Counted from the first letter of the stretch, positions 42,200 through 53,363 are shown. The stretch: DNA of 64,000 bases from an uncultured Ectothiorhodospiraceae bacterium (GCA_947258845.1 CAMYJZ010000001.1:226-64225), one strand, 5' to 3'. Notes: generated from the sequence alone by a model not told the origin. A program made the numbers and translations.

Positions 42200-43465
42200 A
42201 TGCAGGCGCACGGCTACGATATCAGGGACCCCGCCCTGGCGGAGCAGGGCGAGCGGCGCATTGAATGGGCCTGGAAGGAAATGCCCGTGCTGCGCCAGCT
42301 CGCCGCACGTTTTTCCCGCGACCGGCCACTGCAGGGCATCCGCATGAGCGGCTGCCTGCATATCACCACCGAGACCGCCAACCTGGCGCGCACCCTCAAG
42401 GCGGCCGGCGCCGACCTGGTGCTGTGTGCCAGCAACCCGCTCAGTACCCAGGACGATGTGGCGGCGGCCCTGGTCGAGCGCCACGGGATTCCCGTCTACG
42501 CCATCCGGGCCGAGTCGACAGAGACCTACTATCAGCACCTCAACGCGGCCCTTGACCATCGTCCCGTGCTGACCATGGATGACGGTGCCGACCTGGTCAG
42601 TGAAATCCACAAGCACCGTACCGAACTGCTGCCCGCGATGCTCGGTGGCACGGAGGAGACCACCACCGGCGTGATCCGCCTGCGTGCCATGGCCCGTGAG
42701 GGTGCGTTGCACTTTCCGGTGATGGCGGTCAATGACGCCATGACCAAGCACCTGTTCGATAACCGCTACGGTACCGGGCAAAGCACCCTGGACGGCGTGA
42801 TTCGCGCCACCAACATCCTGCTGGCCGGCAAGACCCTCACCGTGGTCGGGTATGGCTGGTGCGGTCGGGGCATTGCACTGCGTGCCAAGGGTCACGGTGC
42901 CCTGGTCATTGTGACCGAGGTCGAACCGCTGCGGGCACTGGAGGCGGCCATGGACGGCTACCGGGTCATGCCGCTACTCGAGGCCGCCGCGCAATCGGAC
43001 TTCATTATCACGGCCACGGGTGACAAGCATGTCGTCGACGGGGAGCATATCGAGGCCATGAAGGACGGTTGTGTGCTGGCCAACTCGGGGCATTTCAACG
43101 TGGAGATCAATATCCCCGCGCTCGAGGCGCTGAGTGTTGGCAATCGCCGCCCGCGCCCCTCGGTGGACGAGTACACGCTTGCCGATGGTCGCACCCTGTG
43201 CCTGCTGGCCGAAGGCCGGCTGGTGAACCTCGCCGCCGCCGAGGGTCATCCCTCCGCAGTGATGGACATGAGTTTTGCCAACCAGGTCCTGTGCGCCGTG
43301 CACCTGGCGTCCGCCGCTGGCCGGCTCGAGCACCGCGTGCACGAGGTGCCGGCAGAGATCGACCGGGAGGTTGCCCAACTGAAGCTGGCGGCGATGGGCT
43401 TGCGCATCGACGAGCTCACCGCTGAACAGGCGAGTTACCTGTCCTCCTGGGAGGAGGGCACCTGA
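42200..43465 (+). CDS. ahcY: adenosylhomocysteinase (S-adenosyl-L-homocysteine hydrolase)
   Basis: 421 aa; NAD-binding [10 protein letters not shown]; conserved ...HLASAAG... Confidence 0.9.
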   Translation: MQAHGYDIRDPALAEQGERRIEWAWKEMPVLRQLAARFSRDRPLQGIRMSGCLHITTETANLARTLKAAGADLVLCASNPLSTQDDVAAALVERHGIPVYAIRAESTETYYQHLNAALDHRPVLTMDDGADLVSEIHKHRTELLPAMLGGTEETTTGVIRLRAMAREGALHFPVMAVNDAMTKHLFDNRYGTGQSTLDGVIRATNILLAGKTLTVVGYGWCGRGIALRAKGHGALVIVTEVEPLRALEAAMDGYRVMPLLEAAAQSDFIITATGDKHVVDGEHIEAMKDGCVLANSGHFNVEINIPALEALSVGNRRPRPSVDEYTLADGRTLCLLAEGRLVNLAAAEGHPSAVMDMSFANQVLCAVHLASAAGRLEHRVHEVPAEIDREVAQLKLAAMGLRIDELTAEQASYLSSWEEGT

Positions 43466-43487
43466 GCATCATCAGCGTGGAACTGCC

Positions 43488-44168
43488 ATGAAAAAGGCCA
43501 TCAGACGTATGCTCGACACCATCGAGAGCGAGGTGCATTACACCCGCTCACTGATCGGCAGGGATGCACTCGACCCACGGGTGATGGCAGCGATGGGCCG
43601 GGTACCGCGCGATCATTTCGTCCCGCCCAATCTGAGGCCGCTGGCCTTTGACAATGGCCCGTTACCAATCGGTCACGGGCAGACCATCTCCCAGCCCTAC
43701 ATCGTCGCCTTGATGACCGACCTGCTGGAGCTGGAGCCGGAGCACGTGGTGCTGGAGGTCGGCACCGGTTCCGGCTACCAGACGGCGGTGCTGGCCGAGC
43801 TTGCGACCAGGGTCTATAGCATCGAGGTCATCCGGGAACTGGGCGTGGCCTCGGCCGAGCGCCTGCAGGCGCTGGGCTACAGCAACATCGAATACCGCAT
43901 CGGTAACGGCTACGCGGGCTGGCCCGAGCATGCCCCCTACGACGGTATTATCGTTACGGCCGCGGCCTCGCAGATACCGCCGGCGCTGGTCGAGCAGCTC
44001 AGGCCCGGGGGGCGGCTGGTTATCCCGGTGGGTCTGCCCTATATGCACCAGGAATTGATGCTGATGGAGAAGGATGCCGGCGGGGGCATCCACAGCCGCG
44101 ATATACTGGGCGTCGCCTTTGTCCCGCTGTGCGAGATGCCGGCAGGCAACGACGATGCGGCCCGCTAG
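43488..44168 (+). CDS. pcm: protein-L-isoaspartate O-methyltransferase
   Basis: ...GHGQTISQPYIVALM...VLEVGTGSGYQTAVLA... Confidence 0.9.
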   Translation: MKKAIRRMLDTIESEVHYTRSLIGRDALDPRVMAAMGRVPRDHFVPPNLRPLAFDNGPLPIGHGQTISQPYIVALMTDLLELEPEHVVLEVGTGSGYQTAVLAELATRVYSIEVIRELGVASAERLQALGYSNIEYRIGNGYAGWPEHAPYDGIIVTAAASQIPPALVEQLRPGGRLVIPVGLPYMHQELMLMEKDAGGGIHSRDILGVAFVPLCEMPAGNDDAAR

Positions 44169-44213
44169 TGAGTTTTGCCCGGCGCCTGCCGGTGTGTCCG
44201 CGCAGGGTGCGAC

Positions 44214-45857
44214 TCAGGGCAGGCGGCGTAACTCGACCCGGCGGTTGCGTGCGAGTCCCTCCCGGGTGCTGTTACCGGTCAGCGGCTGTTGCTCGCCATA
44301 GCCGCGTGCCGTCAGCATGTCCGGGTTGACCCCCTGTTTCACCAGGTAGTCCCTGACGCTGCCGGCGCGCTGCTGGGACAGCCACTGATTGTAGGCCGGA
44401 TTGCCCTGGGCGTCGGTGTGACCGGCTACCTCGAGCCTGAGTGAGGGGTGCTGGCGCAGGATGGCGGCGGTCCGGTCGAGGATGGCAAGGGAGCGGGCGC
44501 TGAGCTCGTGCGAGTCATAGCGGAAGCTGACACCTTCCAGTATCACGGGTTCATTGCCGGCGCAGCCTTCAGGTCCGACACGGGTATCAGGCGATGAGTC
44601 CGGGCAGAGATCAATGCTGTCGGCTATACCGTCGGCATCGCCATCAATTACAGCGGGCCCGGCAGCCGGCGCGGGTGTCGGGGGTTCGGCCAGCGCCTCG
44701 ATCTGCCCCTGTGCCGTTTCCAGATCGGCCGTGGCCGCTGCCAGGGCCGTGTTACAGGTCACCAGTTCGGCCTGCACGGCAGCCTGTGTCGTCTGTGCTG
44801 CCGCCAGTGCCTGCTGGTCAACGCCGCGCGCGTGTCTTTCCTGCTGGAGTTCGGTCGCCAGGTTGTCCCGTTCCGTCTGGCATGCCTGGCGGCGGGATTC
44901 CTGTTCATCGCGTTGCGTGCGAGTTGCAGTCGTTTCGGCCTGTGCCTGGGTCAGGGCATCGGCGGCGGCCTGTACCTCGGTCTTCATCAGGGCAAGCCGC
45001 TGTTCGCGCGTATCCAGCTCGCTGCGCAGGCCGCTGGCTTCAGCGTTGCCGGATTCCACCAGGGCCTCTAGCTCTGCCAGTCGGCTCTCGCGCTCGGTCA
45101 GCCGTTGCTGCAGTCCGGAGCGCTCATCGGCGTGCGTTGCAGTGTCCCGTTCCAGTTGTTCGAGGCGTTCCGTGAGCCGGCCAAGTTGCGCCTCGCGCTC
45201 TGCCAGCAGCTGCTGTTGCCGGGTGTGTTCGTCAGCGTGTATCGCGGCTTGCCGTTCCAGCTGTTGCGTGAGCATGGCCAGTTGCTTCTCCGCGGCCATC
45301 AGCTCGATGGAGAGCTCGGTCTCGCGTTCCCGGATCCTGTTCCGCTCGTTCACGGCCGAGGCCAATTCGGCATCGAGGGCGGCATTGTCAGCACCGGCCT
45401 TGCGGAATTCGACATCCAGCCGGTCCAGCGACCGTCCGGCATCTTCCAGTAACACCTGGGTCTCTCGCAGTTCCTCGTGTGCCCGGTCGAGTTCCGTCTG
45501 CAGGTGGTCCCGCACGTTATCAGCGCTGTCTGCAGCCTGGACCGGCGGCCCGATTTGTCGTGTCCCGGTACCGGGTGTGAACGCGGGTCGGCGGCCGCCA
45601 TAAGGTGCAAACCCGGGTGTCGGGTAAGCACGGCGGCCGGGGTACCAGCCGGGCCGCGTTACCTGCCCGGGGGCCTGGCCGTAACCGGGGGGTGTTGTGT
45701 AGTAGTAGCCGGGTGGGGCGGCGGGGGAGTGCCCCGGTACCAGTGCAGGCTGACCGGGGGCCGGGCCGCTGGCGGGTTCCCCGGACCAGGCGGGGGTGCC
45801 GGCTGAAATAATCAGGTAGAGACTGACAAGAATGGCATTCAGGGTATTGTGCTTCAT
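44214..45857 (-). CDS. OmpA-family protein with long coiled-coil region and Pro/Gly/Tyr-rich N-terminal linker
   Basis: Signal peptide MKHNTLNAILVSLYLIISAGTPAWS; C-terminal OmpA-like domain (...LEVAGHTDAQGNPAYNQWLSQQRAGSV...NRRVEL). Start trimmed from 45974 to ATG 45857. Confidence 0.8.
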   Translation of the reverse strand: MKHNTLNAILVSLYLIISAGTPAWSGEPASGPAPGQPALVPGHSPAAPPGYYYTTPPGYGQAPGQVTRPGWYPGRRAYPTPGFAPYGGRRPAFTPGTGTRQIGPPVQAADSADNVRDHLQTELDRAHEELRETQVLLEDAGRSLDRLDVEFRKAGADNAALDAELASAVNERNRIRERETELSIELMAAEKQLAMLTQQLERQAAIHADEHTRQQQLLAEREAQLGRLTERLEQLERDTATHADERSGLQQRLTERESRLAELEALVESGNAEASGLRSELDTREQRLALMKTEVQAAADALTQAQAETTATRTQRDEQESRRQACQTERDNLATELQQERHARGVDQQALAAAQTTQAAVQAELVTCNTALAAATADLETAQGQIEALAEPPTPAPAAGPAVIDGDADGIADSIDLCPDSSPDTRVGPEGCAGNEPVILEGVSFRYDSHELSARSLAILDRTAAILRQHPSLRLEVAGHTDAQGNPAYNQWLSQQRAGSVRDYLVKQGVNPDMLTARGYGEQQPLTGNSTREGLARNRRVELRRLP

Positions 45858-46035
45858 GTTGGACACCCGCTTTGTTGTTATCTGTTGGTGTTGTTGCTGT
45901 GGCTGAACCGGGTCCGGCCGCAAACCATGCAGCGACCGTCTGTGCAGCCGTATGTACCCCTTAATTATATACACAGTCCGTGAAGAATGTCGTTCGCTAT
46001 GTGGTTGTTATTGCGTGTCGGCCCTGTAGATACGG

Positions 46036-47334
46036 CTACAGGCGGCGTGCCAGCAGACCCATTTCTGGCACCGGGCCGTCCAGCGGGATCTGCACCCGGT
46101 AGCCGCCGCCGGGGACTTCCCGCATGGTTTTGCCATCCATGTCACGCATGTCGGCAAGCCAGAAGCTGCGATTGCCACCGGGCAGCACCAGTTCCATTTC
46201 ATCGCCGACGGCGAACTTGTTCTTGACCAGGACCTGGGCCATGCCGTTTACCCGGTTATAGCCGGTCAATTCCCCGACGAAGCGCTCTCGCGTGCTGGTC
46301 GAGCAGCTCTCGAGATAGTTCTGGTATTCGTGGTCAGGGTGGCGTTGGAGGAAGCCGTCGGTATAGCCGCGGTTCGACAGGTTCTCCAGCGAGCCCAGCA
46401 GCCCGGCATCGAAAGGGCGTCCCGCGACGGCATCATCGATGGCCTGGCGGTACACCTGCGTGGTGCGGGCCACGTAGTAATACGACTTGGTGCGCCCCTC
46501 GATCTTGAGGCTCTCCACTCCAATCCTGACCAGCCGTTCGACGTGCTCCAGTGCCCGCAGATCGCGGGAATTCATGATGTAGGTGCCGTGCTCGTCCTCC
46601 TCGATGGGCATGAGTTCGCCGGGACGCTTGCCTTCTTCCAGCAACCAGGCCGGGTGTGAGTTGCCCGGCGTGCCGGCCTCCAGGGGAGCGATGTCGCCGC
46701 TGCTGTCCTCGCTGGCCGGCTTGAGCTTGTAGTCCCAGCGGCAGGAGTTGGTGCAGCTGCCCTGGTTGGCATCGCGGTGATTGAAATAGCCCGACAGCAG
46801 GCAGCGACCCGAGTAGGCAATGCACAGGGCACCGTGTACGAACACCTCGAGTTCCATCTCGGGGCAGTCCTGGCGGATCTCCTCGATCTGGTCAAGCGAG
46901 AGCTCGCGGGACAGCACGATGCGCGCAATACCCTGTTGCTGCCAGAAGCGCACGCTGGCGAAGTTCATGGTATTGGCCTGCACGGACAGGTGTATCGGCA
47001 ACTCCGGCCAGCGCTCGCGGACCAGCAGGATCAGCCCCGGGTCCGCCATGATCAGGGCGTCGGGACCGAGCTCGATCACGGGCTCCATGTCGGCCAGGAA
47101 GGTCTTTACCTTGACGTTATGCGGCAGAATGTTGCTGGCAAGGTAAAATGCCTTGCCGCGTGCGTGGGTTTCCCGGATGCCGTGCGCCAGGTTTTCCAGG
47201 CGATGGAAGTCATTGTTGCGCACGCGCAGGCTGTAGCGCGGCATGCCGGCATACACGGCATCGGCACCATAGGCCAGTGCATAGCGCAGATTGTTGAGGG
47301 TGCCGGCAGGCGCCAGCAGTTGGGTCTTTTTCAT
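46036..47334 (-). CDS. U32 family peptidase (YegQ/RlhA-like)
   Basis: MKKTQLLAPAGTLNNLRYALAYGADAVYAG... and E..HGALC..YSGRCLLS motifs. Start trimmed to MKKTQ. Confidence 0.85.
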   Translation of the reverse strand: MKKTQLLAPAGTLNNLRYALAYGADAVYAGMPRYSLRVRNNDFHRLENLAHGIRETHARGKAFYLASNILPHNVKVKTFLADMEPVIELGPDALIMADPGLILLVRERWPELPIHLSVQANTMNFASVRFWQQQGIARIVLSRELSLDQIEEIRQDCPEMELEVFVHGALCIAYSGRCLLSGYFNHRDANQGSCTNSCRWDYKLKPASEDSSGDIAPLEAGTPGNSHPAWLLEEGKRPGELMPIEEDEHGTYIMNSRDLRALEHVERLVRIGVESLKIEGRTKSYYYVARTTQVYRQAIDDAVAGRPFDAGLLGSLENLSNRGYTDGFLQRHPDHEYQNYLESCSTSTRERFVGELTGYNRVNGMAQVLVKNKFAVGDEMELVLPGGNRSFWLADMRDMDGKTMREVPGGGYRVQIPLDGPVPEMGLLARRL

Positions 47335-47652
47335 GGGAATGTCAGTCCAGATCGGCAGATGGGAGAAAATAAAGGCTGGGCAGGCCGGCCGCAAGCGCTA
47401 ATGCCCGGGTGGCCTGCGCCCGGGCCGGTGCTGTCAGGATATGACCGGGCTCCGGAGTGTCAGCCTGCCACGGGTGGTTTTATCCGAAAAACCAAAGCGG
47501 ATTCCTGCTCTGTTGACCTGGATCAATTCCACTGGCCGCAAAAATGGAGATGATCCGAATAGGTTATCATCCGCTGCTGCCTGCGTTCCGGGGTCGCGAC
47601 TGCGGGTGTGCAGGTCAGGCATTGTTCAATCTATCCAACCGGGGGAATCGTA

Positions 47653-48150
47653 ATGAGTGATGTGAGCGAAGAAGTCAGGAACTGGACCGCAGCCGAGGTC
47701 ATGCAACGCAATGTGTTGTCCGCCGATGCAGACTGGTCCATCGAGGCGCTGGCCAATTTCCTGACGGACAATCACATATCGGGAGCGCCAGTCACCGGTG
47801 CCGGGGGTGAATTGATCGGGGTGGTGTCGCTGACGGATGTGGTGCGCCACGGCAGCATGCCGGAGAGCGATTCCGCCACGGGCGAAACCCATGATGTCTA
47901 CCTGTATGCGCTGGAGCGTCACATGGGACAGGAGGAAATGCGCCTGTTTCACACCGGCCACGAGTCATCTGTAAAGGTGCGGGACATTATGACGCCGATG
48001 ATCTTCCGGATTGAGGAGGATGCCAGCATCCAGCAGGTCGCCGATACCATGATCCGGGGCGGTATCCACCGGGTATTTGTCACCGAGGGCAACACGCTGA
48101 AGGGGATTGTCACGGCGCTCGACCTGCTGAAGGCCGTGGCCGCACTTTAG
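47653..48150 (+). CDS. CBS domain pair protein
   Basis: Two CBS motifs; start trimmed to MSDVSEE. Confidence 0.75.
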   Translation: MSDVSEEVRNWTAAEVMQRNVLSADADWSIEALANFLTDNHISGAPVTGAGGELIGVVSLTDVVRHGSMPESDSATGETHDVYLYALERHMGQEEMRLFHTGHESSVKVRDIMTPMIFRIEEDASIQQVADTMIRGGIHRVFVTEGNTLKGIVTALDLLKAVAAL

Positions 48151-48216
48151 GTCCACGGCTACGGTTAACGCAGCCGTTGATTGCCGTCCCCGTTCACCAC
48201 GCGTGTCGGGCCAGAT

Positions 48217-49695
48217 TCAGTCGAGCGCCTGCTTGAGTTGATCACGCACGGTCCTGAGGACCTCGATGCGGGCATTGTACTTGTCATTGGCCGACACCAG
48301 TGTCCAGGGACAGTTGCCGGTGCTGGTGTGTGCGACCATGTCGTTCACTGCGCGCCGGTAATCATCCCACTTGCCGCGGTTGCGCCAGTCCTCCTCCGTG
48401 ATCTTGTGTTTCTTCCACGGGGTCTTTTCACGTTCACGGAAACGCTGGAGTTGGACGTCGGGGCTGATATGCAGCCAGAACTTGAGCAGGATGCTGCCAT
48501 GCTCGATCAGTTGCTCCTCGAAGTCGTTGATTTCCTTGTATGCGGCCATCCATTCGTGTTTTTGCGCCAGTCCCTCGACCCGTTCGACCAGGACCCGGCC
48601 GTACCACGAGCGGTCATACAGGGCCATGTACCCGGCCCGGGGAAACCGCCGCCAGAAGCGCCACAGGTAGTGATGCGCGAGTTCCTCATCAGTTGGGGCG
48701 GCTACCGAGATGGCTCGGAACAGCCGCGCATCGATGGCATTGGTCAGCCTGCGGATCGCACCGCCCTTGCCGGCGGCATCCCAGCCCTCGAAGACCATCA
48801 CGGTCGAGCACTTGGCGTCGTAGGCCCGCCAGGACAATTCATTTACCTGCGCCTGGTAGCGGCTGAGCAGTTTGTTGTAGTCGTCGTGGGAGAGTGCAGC
48901 CTCGAGGTCGACCTTGTCCAGTATGGTTTTCTGGTGACCGCTGATGGTCACCACGGGATTGTGTTCCTCGCTGCCCGGATCCTCGGTGCGGTGTCCCCGA
49001 TGACGTTCGTTCATCCGCCTGCTGATGACCTGACCGGCGCTGATGTCGCGGAAACGCCGGTTGTCGGCCTCGATCATGTACCAGGGGCATTTACCGGTAT
49101 CGGTGTGCCGCAGACTGCGTTCGGCGGCGACCAGAAAGGCCTTGTACTCCTTCGGGCTCTGACCATTACTGACGTGGGGCACGTGCCTGGCGACCGCACG
49201 GCGTTTCTTCATGCGCTTTTCGTGGGTCGGGTGAGAGAGATGAAACCACAGCTTGATGATCAGCATACCGTCCGCGGTCAGCATGCGTTCGAGTTCCCTG
49301 GTGCGCTGCATGGCCTCATCGAGCTCGGCATCGTCGATGCTGCCGGCGGCATGCCGGTGAATCGGGTCCCAGTACCAGCCACCGAACATCACCGCGATCG
49401 AGCCGCGTGCCGGAAGGTGCCTCCAGAAGCGCCAGTGTTGCGGGCGTTCCAGCTCCTCCTGGGTCTCGTCCCAGAAGGCATGGGTCTCCATGCCGCGGTT
49501 GTCGAACCACTTGTTGAGACGGTCGACCACCTCGCCCTTGCCGGCACCCTCGACACCGGCAACGATGATCAGGGTTGCGACCCGGCTCTCGGCCAGGTCG
49601 CGCTGCACCTTCAGCAATTCAGCGCGCAGGTGCTGTTCCTGGGTCTTGAAATCGGCCTTGGACAATGATTGTCCCAGCTCAATGGCTTCGAACAT
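48217..49695 (-). CDS. pap: two-domain PPK2 polyphosphate:AMP/nucleotide phosphotransferase
   Basis: Two tandem PPK2 domains, each with a Walker-A-like motif (VAGVEGAGKG; FEGWDAAGKGG). Confidence 0.85.
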   Translation of the reverse strand: MFEAIELGQSLSKADFKTQEQHLRAELLKVQRDLAESRVATLIIVAGVEGAGKGEVVDRLNKWFDNRGMETHAFWDETQEELERPQHWRFWRHLPARGSIAVMFGGWYWDPIHRHAAGSIDDAELDEAMQRTRELERMLTADGMLIIKLWFHLSHPTHEKRMKKRRAVARHVPHVSNGQSPKEYKAFLVAAERSLRHTDTGKCPWYMIEADNRRFRDISAGQVISRRMNERHRGHRTEDPGSEEHNPVVTISGHQKTILDKVDLEAALSHDDYNKLLSRYQAQVNELSWRAYDAKCSTVMVFEGWDAAGKGGAIRRLTNAIDARLFRAISVAAPTDEELAHHYLWRFWRRFPRAGYMALYDRSWYGRVLVERVEGLAQKHEWMAAYKEINDFEEQLIEHGSILLKFWLHISPDVQLQRFREREKTPWKKHKITEEDWRNRGKWDDYRRAVNDMVAHTSTGNCPWTLVSANDKYNARIEVLRTVRDQLKQALD

Positions 49696-49811
49696 CTCTA
49701 CTCCTGTATGCAGGTTGGCACACCCCGGCAGGACCTGTGCCGCGAATGCAGTTATTCCACCTTGTTAATCATGCGGCACGGACGCATGACTGTAAATAAT
49801 GCATCAGCCGC

Positions 49812-52715
49812 TCAGGTGGCAATCAGCACCCGCAGGGCATCGAGACGCAGATGCGCGGCCTCCAGCGCCTCTGTCAGGGCCTTCCACCGGGTTTCCAGGA
49901 AGCGGATTTCCGTGTCGCGCACATTGGGGTTGACTCGGCGCAGTGCCTCCAGGCGGTTGATTTCACCCAGCAGGGTCTGCTGTATCCTGTTGTGAGCGGC
50001 CGCCACGATGCGGGGGGTCTGCTCCCCGGCACGTTGTTCGCTGGCATCCAGCATCGCGCGCAGTTTCCTGGCGTAGCTGCGGGTGATCCTGGCCGCTGTT
50101 TCGGCCGGAACGGACTCGCGTGTCCGGCCGATGACCGCGTGGGGCAGGGCGGCATCATGGTCGTTGCCGTCCTGATCGATGACCACGCGCACGCTGGTGG
50201 GTGGCAGGTAGCGGCCCGCCTGGAGTTGCTCGCTGGCAGTGCTTTCCAGGGTATACAGGCATTCGATCAGCAGGGTGCCCGGCTTCGCCCCCGGGTGGCG
50301 GATGGTGGCCATTGCCGCGTTGCCCAGTTCGCTGCCCAGTACCCGGTCCATGGCGCCGGTGACCAGGGGGTGCTCCCAGCTGATGAACTGCATGTCCTCG
50401 TTGACCAGTGCGGTGTCTCTCGTCAGCGTCATGGTCATTCCTTCCGGTTTCAGTCCGGGAAAGGAGTTGCTGTGCATGTGATCACCGGGCTGGATGATGT
50501 GGCTGTCCTCGCCATGAATCTCCGAGTCGATGCCGAAGCAATCGAAAACCCGCTCCAGGTAGTCAGCCAGGCCGGTCTCCTGGTCCTGTTCCAGGGCAAG
50601 GTCCCGCAGCGCCCCGGCAGGGCCCGGCCGGCAGGAGTTGTATTCCAGCAGGCGGTCGCGGCCGCGCTGCAGTATCGCATTCATTTCGTGGTGCAGCTGG
50701 CGGGTGGTGGCGATCAGCGCCTTCAGGTCTTCGAGACCGGTGTCGATCTGGTGCAGGGCCTCGAGCAGGGCGGCCTCAACCCTGGCAAAGACGGCGTGCC
50801 CGGCTGGACAGGTGTGCTCGAAGGCATCCAGCCCCTGCTGGTACCAGTGATACATGATCGCCTGGGCACTGTCCTCCAGGTAGGGGACATGGATCTGGAT
50901 GGTGCGGGTCTGGCCGATGCGGTCCAGGCGGCCGATGCGCTGTTCCAGCAGGTCCGGGTTGAGCGGCAGGTCGAACAGGATCAGGTGATGGGCAAACTGG
51001 AAGTTGCGTCCCTCGCTGCCGATCTCCGAGCACACCAGCACCTGGGTGCCGAACTCGAGATCGGCAAAATAGGCCGCCGCACGATCCCGTTCCACGAGGC
51101 TCAGGCCTTCGTGAAACACCGCGGCATGGATGCCCGCGCTGCTGCGCAGCGACTCCGCCAGGTCCATGGCGGTCCCGGCGCTTGCCGTGATCACCAGCAC
51201 CTTGGCAGGGCGGAGTTTTCCAAGCTGCGTGGCCAGCCACTCGATCCTCGGGTCGATGCGGGTCCAGTGCGGCTGGTCGTGGCCCCGGGTGGCGGCGTAG
51301 AGTAGCTCGGGGCAGAGCAGCAGGCGCGGCTCCACCGTGCCGCTGGTCTGAAACTCCGCCAGGCATTGCGCGTAGTCCGCCGGCAGGCTCAGCGGACAGG
51401 CGTTCACCCGGCGCCCGGGGAAGCCCTGCACCGCGCTGCGGGTGTTGCGGAACAGGACGCGACCGGTGCCGTGGCGGTCTAGCAGGTGTTCGACCAGTTC
51501 CAGGCGGGCGCTGTCCATGTCCGGTCCGGCGCTGTCTTGCTCAAGGACGGTGTCGAGCAGTACCCGGTTGTCCGCCTCGCCCAGTGTGCCGAGCAGGGTG
51601 TGCCGCTGTTCGGCGTCCAGTGGCAGGCCGCTCAGCAGGGCCTCGACGGCGCGTGCTATGGGTTCATAGGCGCTCTCCTCCTCGATAAAGGTCTCCAGAT
51701 CGGGAAAGCGGGCGGGATCGAGCAGCCGCAGGCGGGCAAAATGGCTGGCCCGGCCGAGCTGTTCCGGGGTGGCGGTGAGCAGCAGGACGCCCGGGGTATC
51801 GGCGGCCAGCTGTTCGATGAGTCGGTATTCGGGACTGGCGTCCCGGGGTGACCACACCAGGTGGTGGGCCTCGTCGACAACCAGCAGGTCCCACTCCCCG
51901 GCCCGTGCCTGCTGGAAGCGCCCGGGGTTCCCCGCCAGGAATTCCAGGGTGCAGAGCACCAGTTGTGCATTCTGGAACGGATTCTCCTCGTTGCTGCTGG
52001 CCTCCAGTGCCTGGCAGCGGTCCTCGTCGAGGATGCTGAAATACAGGTTGAAACGCCGCAACATCTCCACCAGCCACTGGTGCAGCAGGCTCTCGGGGAC
52101 CACGATCAGGATGCGCCGGGCGCGTTCCGTCAGGAGTTGCTGGTGCAGGATCAGGCCGGCCTCGATGGTCTTGCCGAGGCCGACCTCGTCGGCCAGCAGG
52201 ACCCGCGGTGCATAGCGGTTGGCGACCTCGTGGGCGATATACAGCTGGTGGGGGATCAGGCTGGTGCGTCCACCGGTCAGGCCGTGCAGGTCGGAATGGG
52301 CCAGCCGGTTGGCGTGCAGCAGTGTCTGGTAACGCAGCTCGAACCACTTGTCCGAATCGACCTGCCCGGTAAACAGGCGCTCGGCGGGGCGGTTGAGCTG
52401 GATGAGGCTGTCCAGCTGGCCTTCTTCCAGCGTGGCCGGCTGACCATCCTCACGTCTGCCGCTGTAGATCAGCAGCCCGTCCAGTTCGGAAACCGCATCG
52501 ACCGAGAGTGACCAGCCCTCGTGACTGCGAATGCTGTCGCCCGCAGTGAACCTGACCCGCGTCAAGGGTGCGCTCTGCCTGGCGTAGCGGCGGGTCTCGC
52601 CGGTGCTGATGAAGACAATGGAGACCGTGCGCGCCTCCACTGACAATACCGTGCCCAGTCCGAGTTGCAGTTCGGCGTAACTGATCCAGCGTTGTCCTGG
52701 GATGAATTCTGTCAC
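49812..52715 (-). CDS. rapA: RNA polymerase-associated SNF2 ATPase RapA (HepA)
   Basis: 967 aa; N-terminal MTEFIPGQRW...; DEVGLGKTIEAG (motif I), DEAHHL (motif II), C-terminal helicase motifs. Confidence 0.9.
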   Translation of the reverse strand: MTEFIPGQRWISYAELQLGLGTVLSVEARTVSIVFISTGETRRYARQSAPLTRVRFTAGDSIRSHEGWSLSVDAVSELDGLLIYSGRREDGQPATLEEGQLDSLIQLNRPAERLFTGQVDSDKWFELRYQTLLHANRLAHSDLHGLTGGRTSLIPHQLYIAHEVANRYAPRVLLADEVGLGKTIEAGLILHQQLLTERARRILIVVPESLLHQWLVEMLRRFNLYFSILDEDRCQALEASSNEENPFQNAQLVLCTLEFLAGNPGRFQQARAGEWDLLVVDEAHHLVWSPRDASPEYRLIEQLAADTPGVLLLTATPEQLGRASHFARLRLLDPARFPDLETFIEEESAYEPIARAVEALLSGLPLDAEQRHTLLGTLGEADNRVLLDTVLEQDSAGPDMDSARLELVEHLLDRHGTGRVLFRNTRSAVQGFPGRRVNACPLSLPADYAQCLAEFQTSGTVEPRLLLCPELLYAATRGHDQPHWTRIDPRIEWLATQLGKLRPAKVLVITASAGTAMDLAESLRSSAGIHAAVFHEGLSLVERDRAAAYFADLEFGTQVLVCSEIGSEGRNFQFAHHLILFDLPLNPDLLEQRIGRLDRIGQTRTIQIHVPYLEDSAQAIMYHWYQQGLDAFEHTCPAGHAVFARVEAALLEALHQIDTGLEDLKALIATTRQLHHEMNAILQRGRDRLLEYNSCRPGPAGALRDLALEQDQETGLADYLERVFDCFGIDSEIHGEDSHIIQPGDHMHSNSFPGLKPEGMTMTLTRDTALVNEDMQFISWEHPLVTGAMDRVLGSELGNAAMATIRHPGAKPGTLLIECLYTLESTASEQLQAGRYLPPTSVRVVIDQDGNDHDAALPHAVIGRTRESVPAETAARITRSYARKLRAMLDASEQRAGEQTPRIVAAAHNRIQQTLLGEINRLEALRRVNPNVRDTEIRFLETRWKALTEALEAAHLRLDALRVLIAT

Positions 52716-52839
52716 CGGGCGTCCGTGGGCGATTGAAAAGGGGCGCCATAGTAGATGAATTTCAGGGAAAAATCCCGCCAGGGGGGGCGAACGGGTTCGC
52801 GAGGGTTAATAATTGGTTTGCGGCGGGTACAATAGGCGT

Positions 52840-53280
52840 ATGGGTGATTCATTGCATATTGTGTGTGCCCCCTGCGGGGCCGTGAACCGGATCCCGGCGT
52901 CACGGCTGGGTGAATCACCGCAGTGCGGCAAGTGTCACCGTCCCCTGTTCAGTGCTCACCCGCTGGAATTGAACTCCGGAAACTTCCAGGCGCAGATCAC
53001 CCGCAACGATGTGCCCGTGCTGGTCGATTTCTGGGCGCCCTGGTGCGGACCCTGCAAGATGATGGCCCCGGCCTTTGAGCAGGCGGCGGCGCAGCTCGAA
53101 CCGCGGGTGCGGCTGGCCAAGCTCAACACCGAGAACGAGCAGGCCATCGCCGGCCGGTTCGGTATCCGCAGCATCCCGACCCTGGTGCTGTTCCGTAAAG
53201 GGCGCGAACTTGCCCGTCAGTCCGGCACCCTGGGTCTGCGGGATATCCTGCGCTGGACCGAGTCGTACACGCACGCCTGA
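52840..53280 (+). CDS. trxC: thioredoxin 2 (with N-terminal zinc-finger extension)
   Basis: CAPCGAVNR...CGKC zinc motif plus WCGPC active site. Confidence 0.85.
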   Translation: MGDSLHIVCAPCGAVNRIPASRLGESPQCGKCHRPLFSAHPLELNSGNFQAQITRNDVPVLVDFWAPWCGPCKMMAPAFEQAAAQLEPRVRLAKLNTENEQAIAGRFGIRSIPTLVLFRKGRELARQSGTLGLRDILRWTESYTHA

Positions 53281-53363
53281 ACACCGGGTTCCCGAATAGG
53301 GTCTGCTAATGTTGATATGCACCGATGCCGCAGTATTTCCGCTGTGATTACCCGGGCGATTGC

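Noticed and set aside
48181-52511. Plus-strand ORFs 48181..49668, 49851..51305 and 51861..52511 over the two-domain PPK2 and rapA
   Set aside because: Antisense to genes with paired Walker motifs and SNF2 helicase motifs; low-complexity translations.
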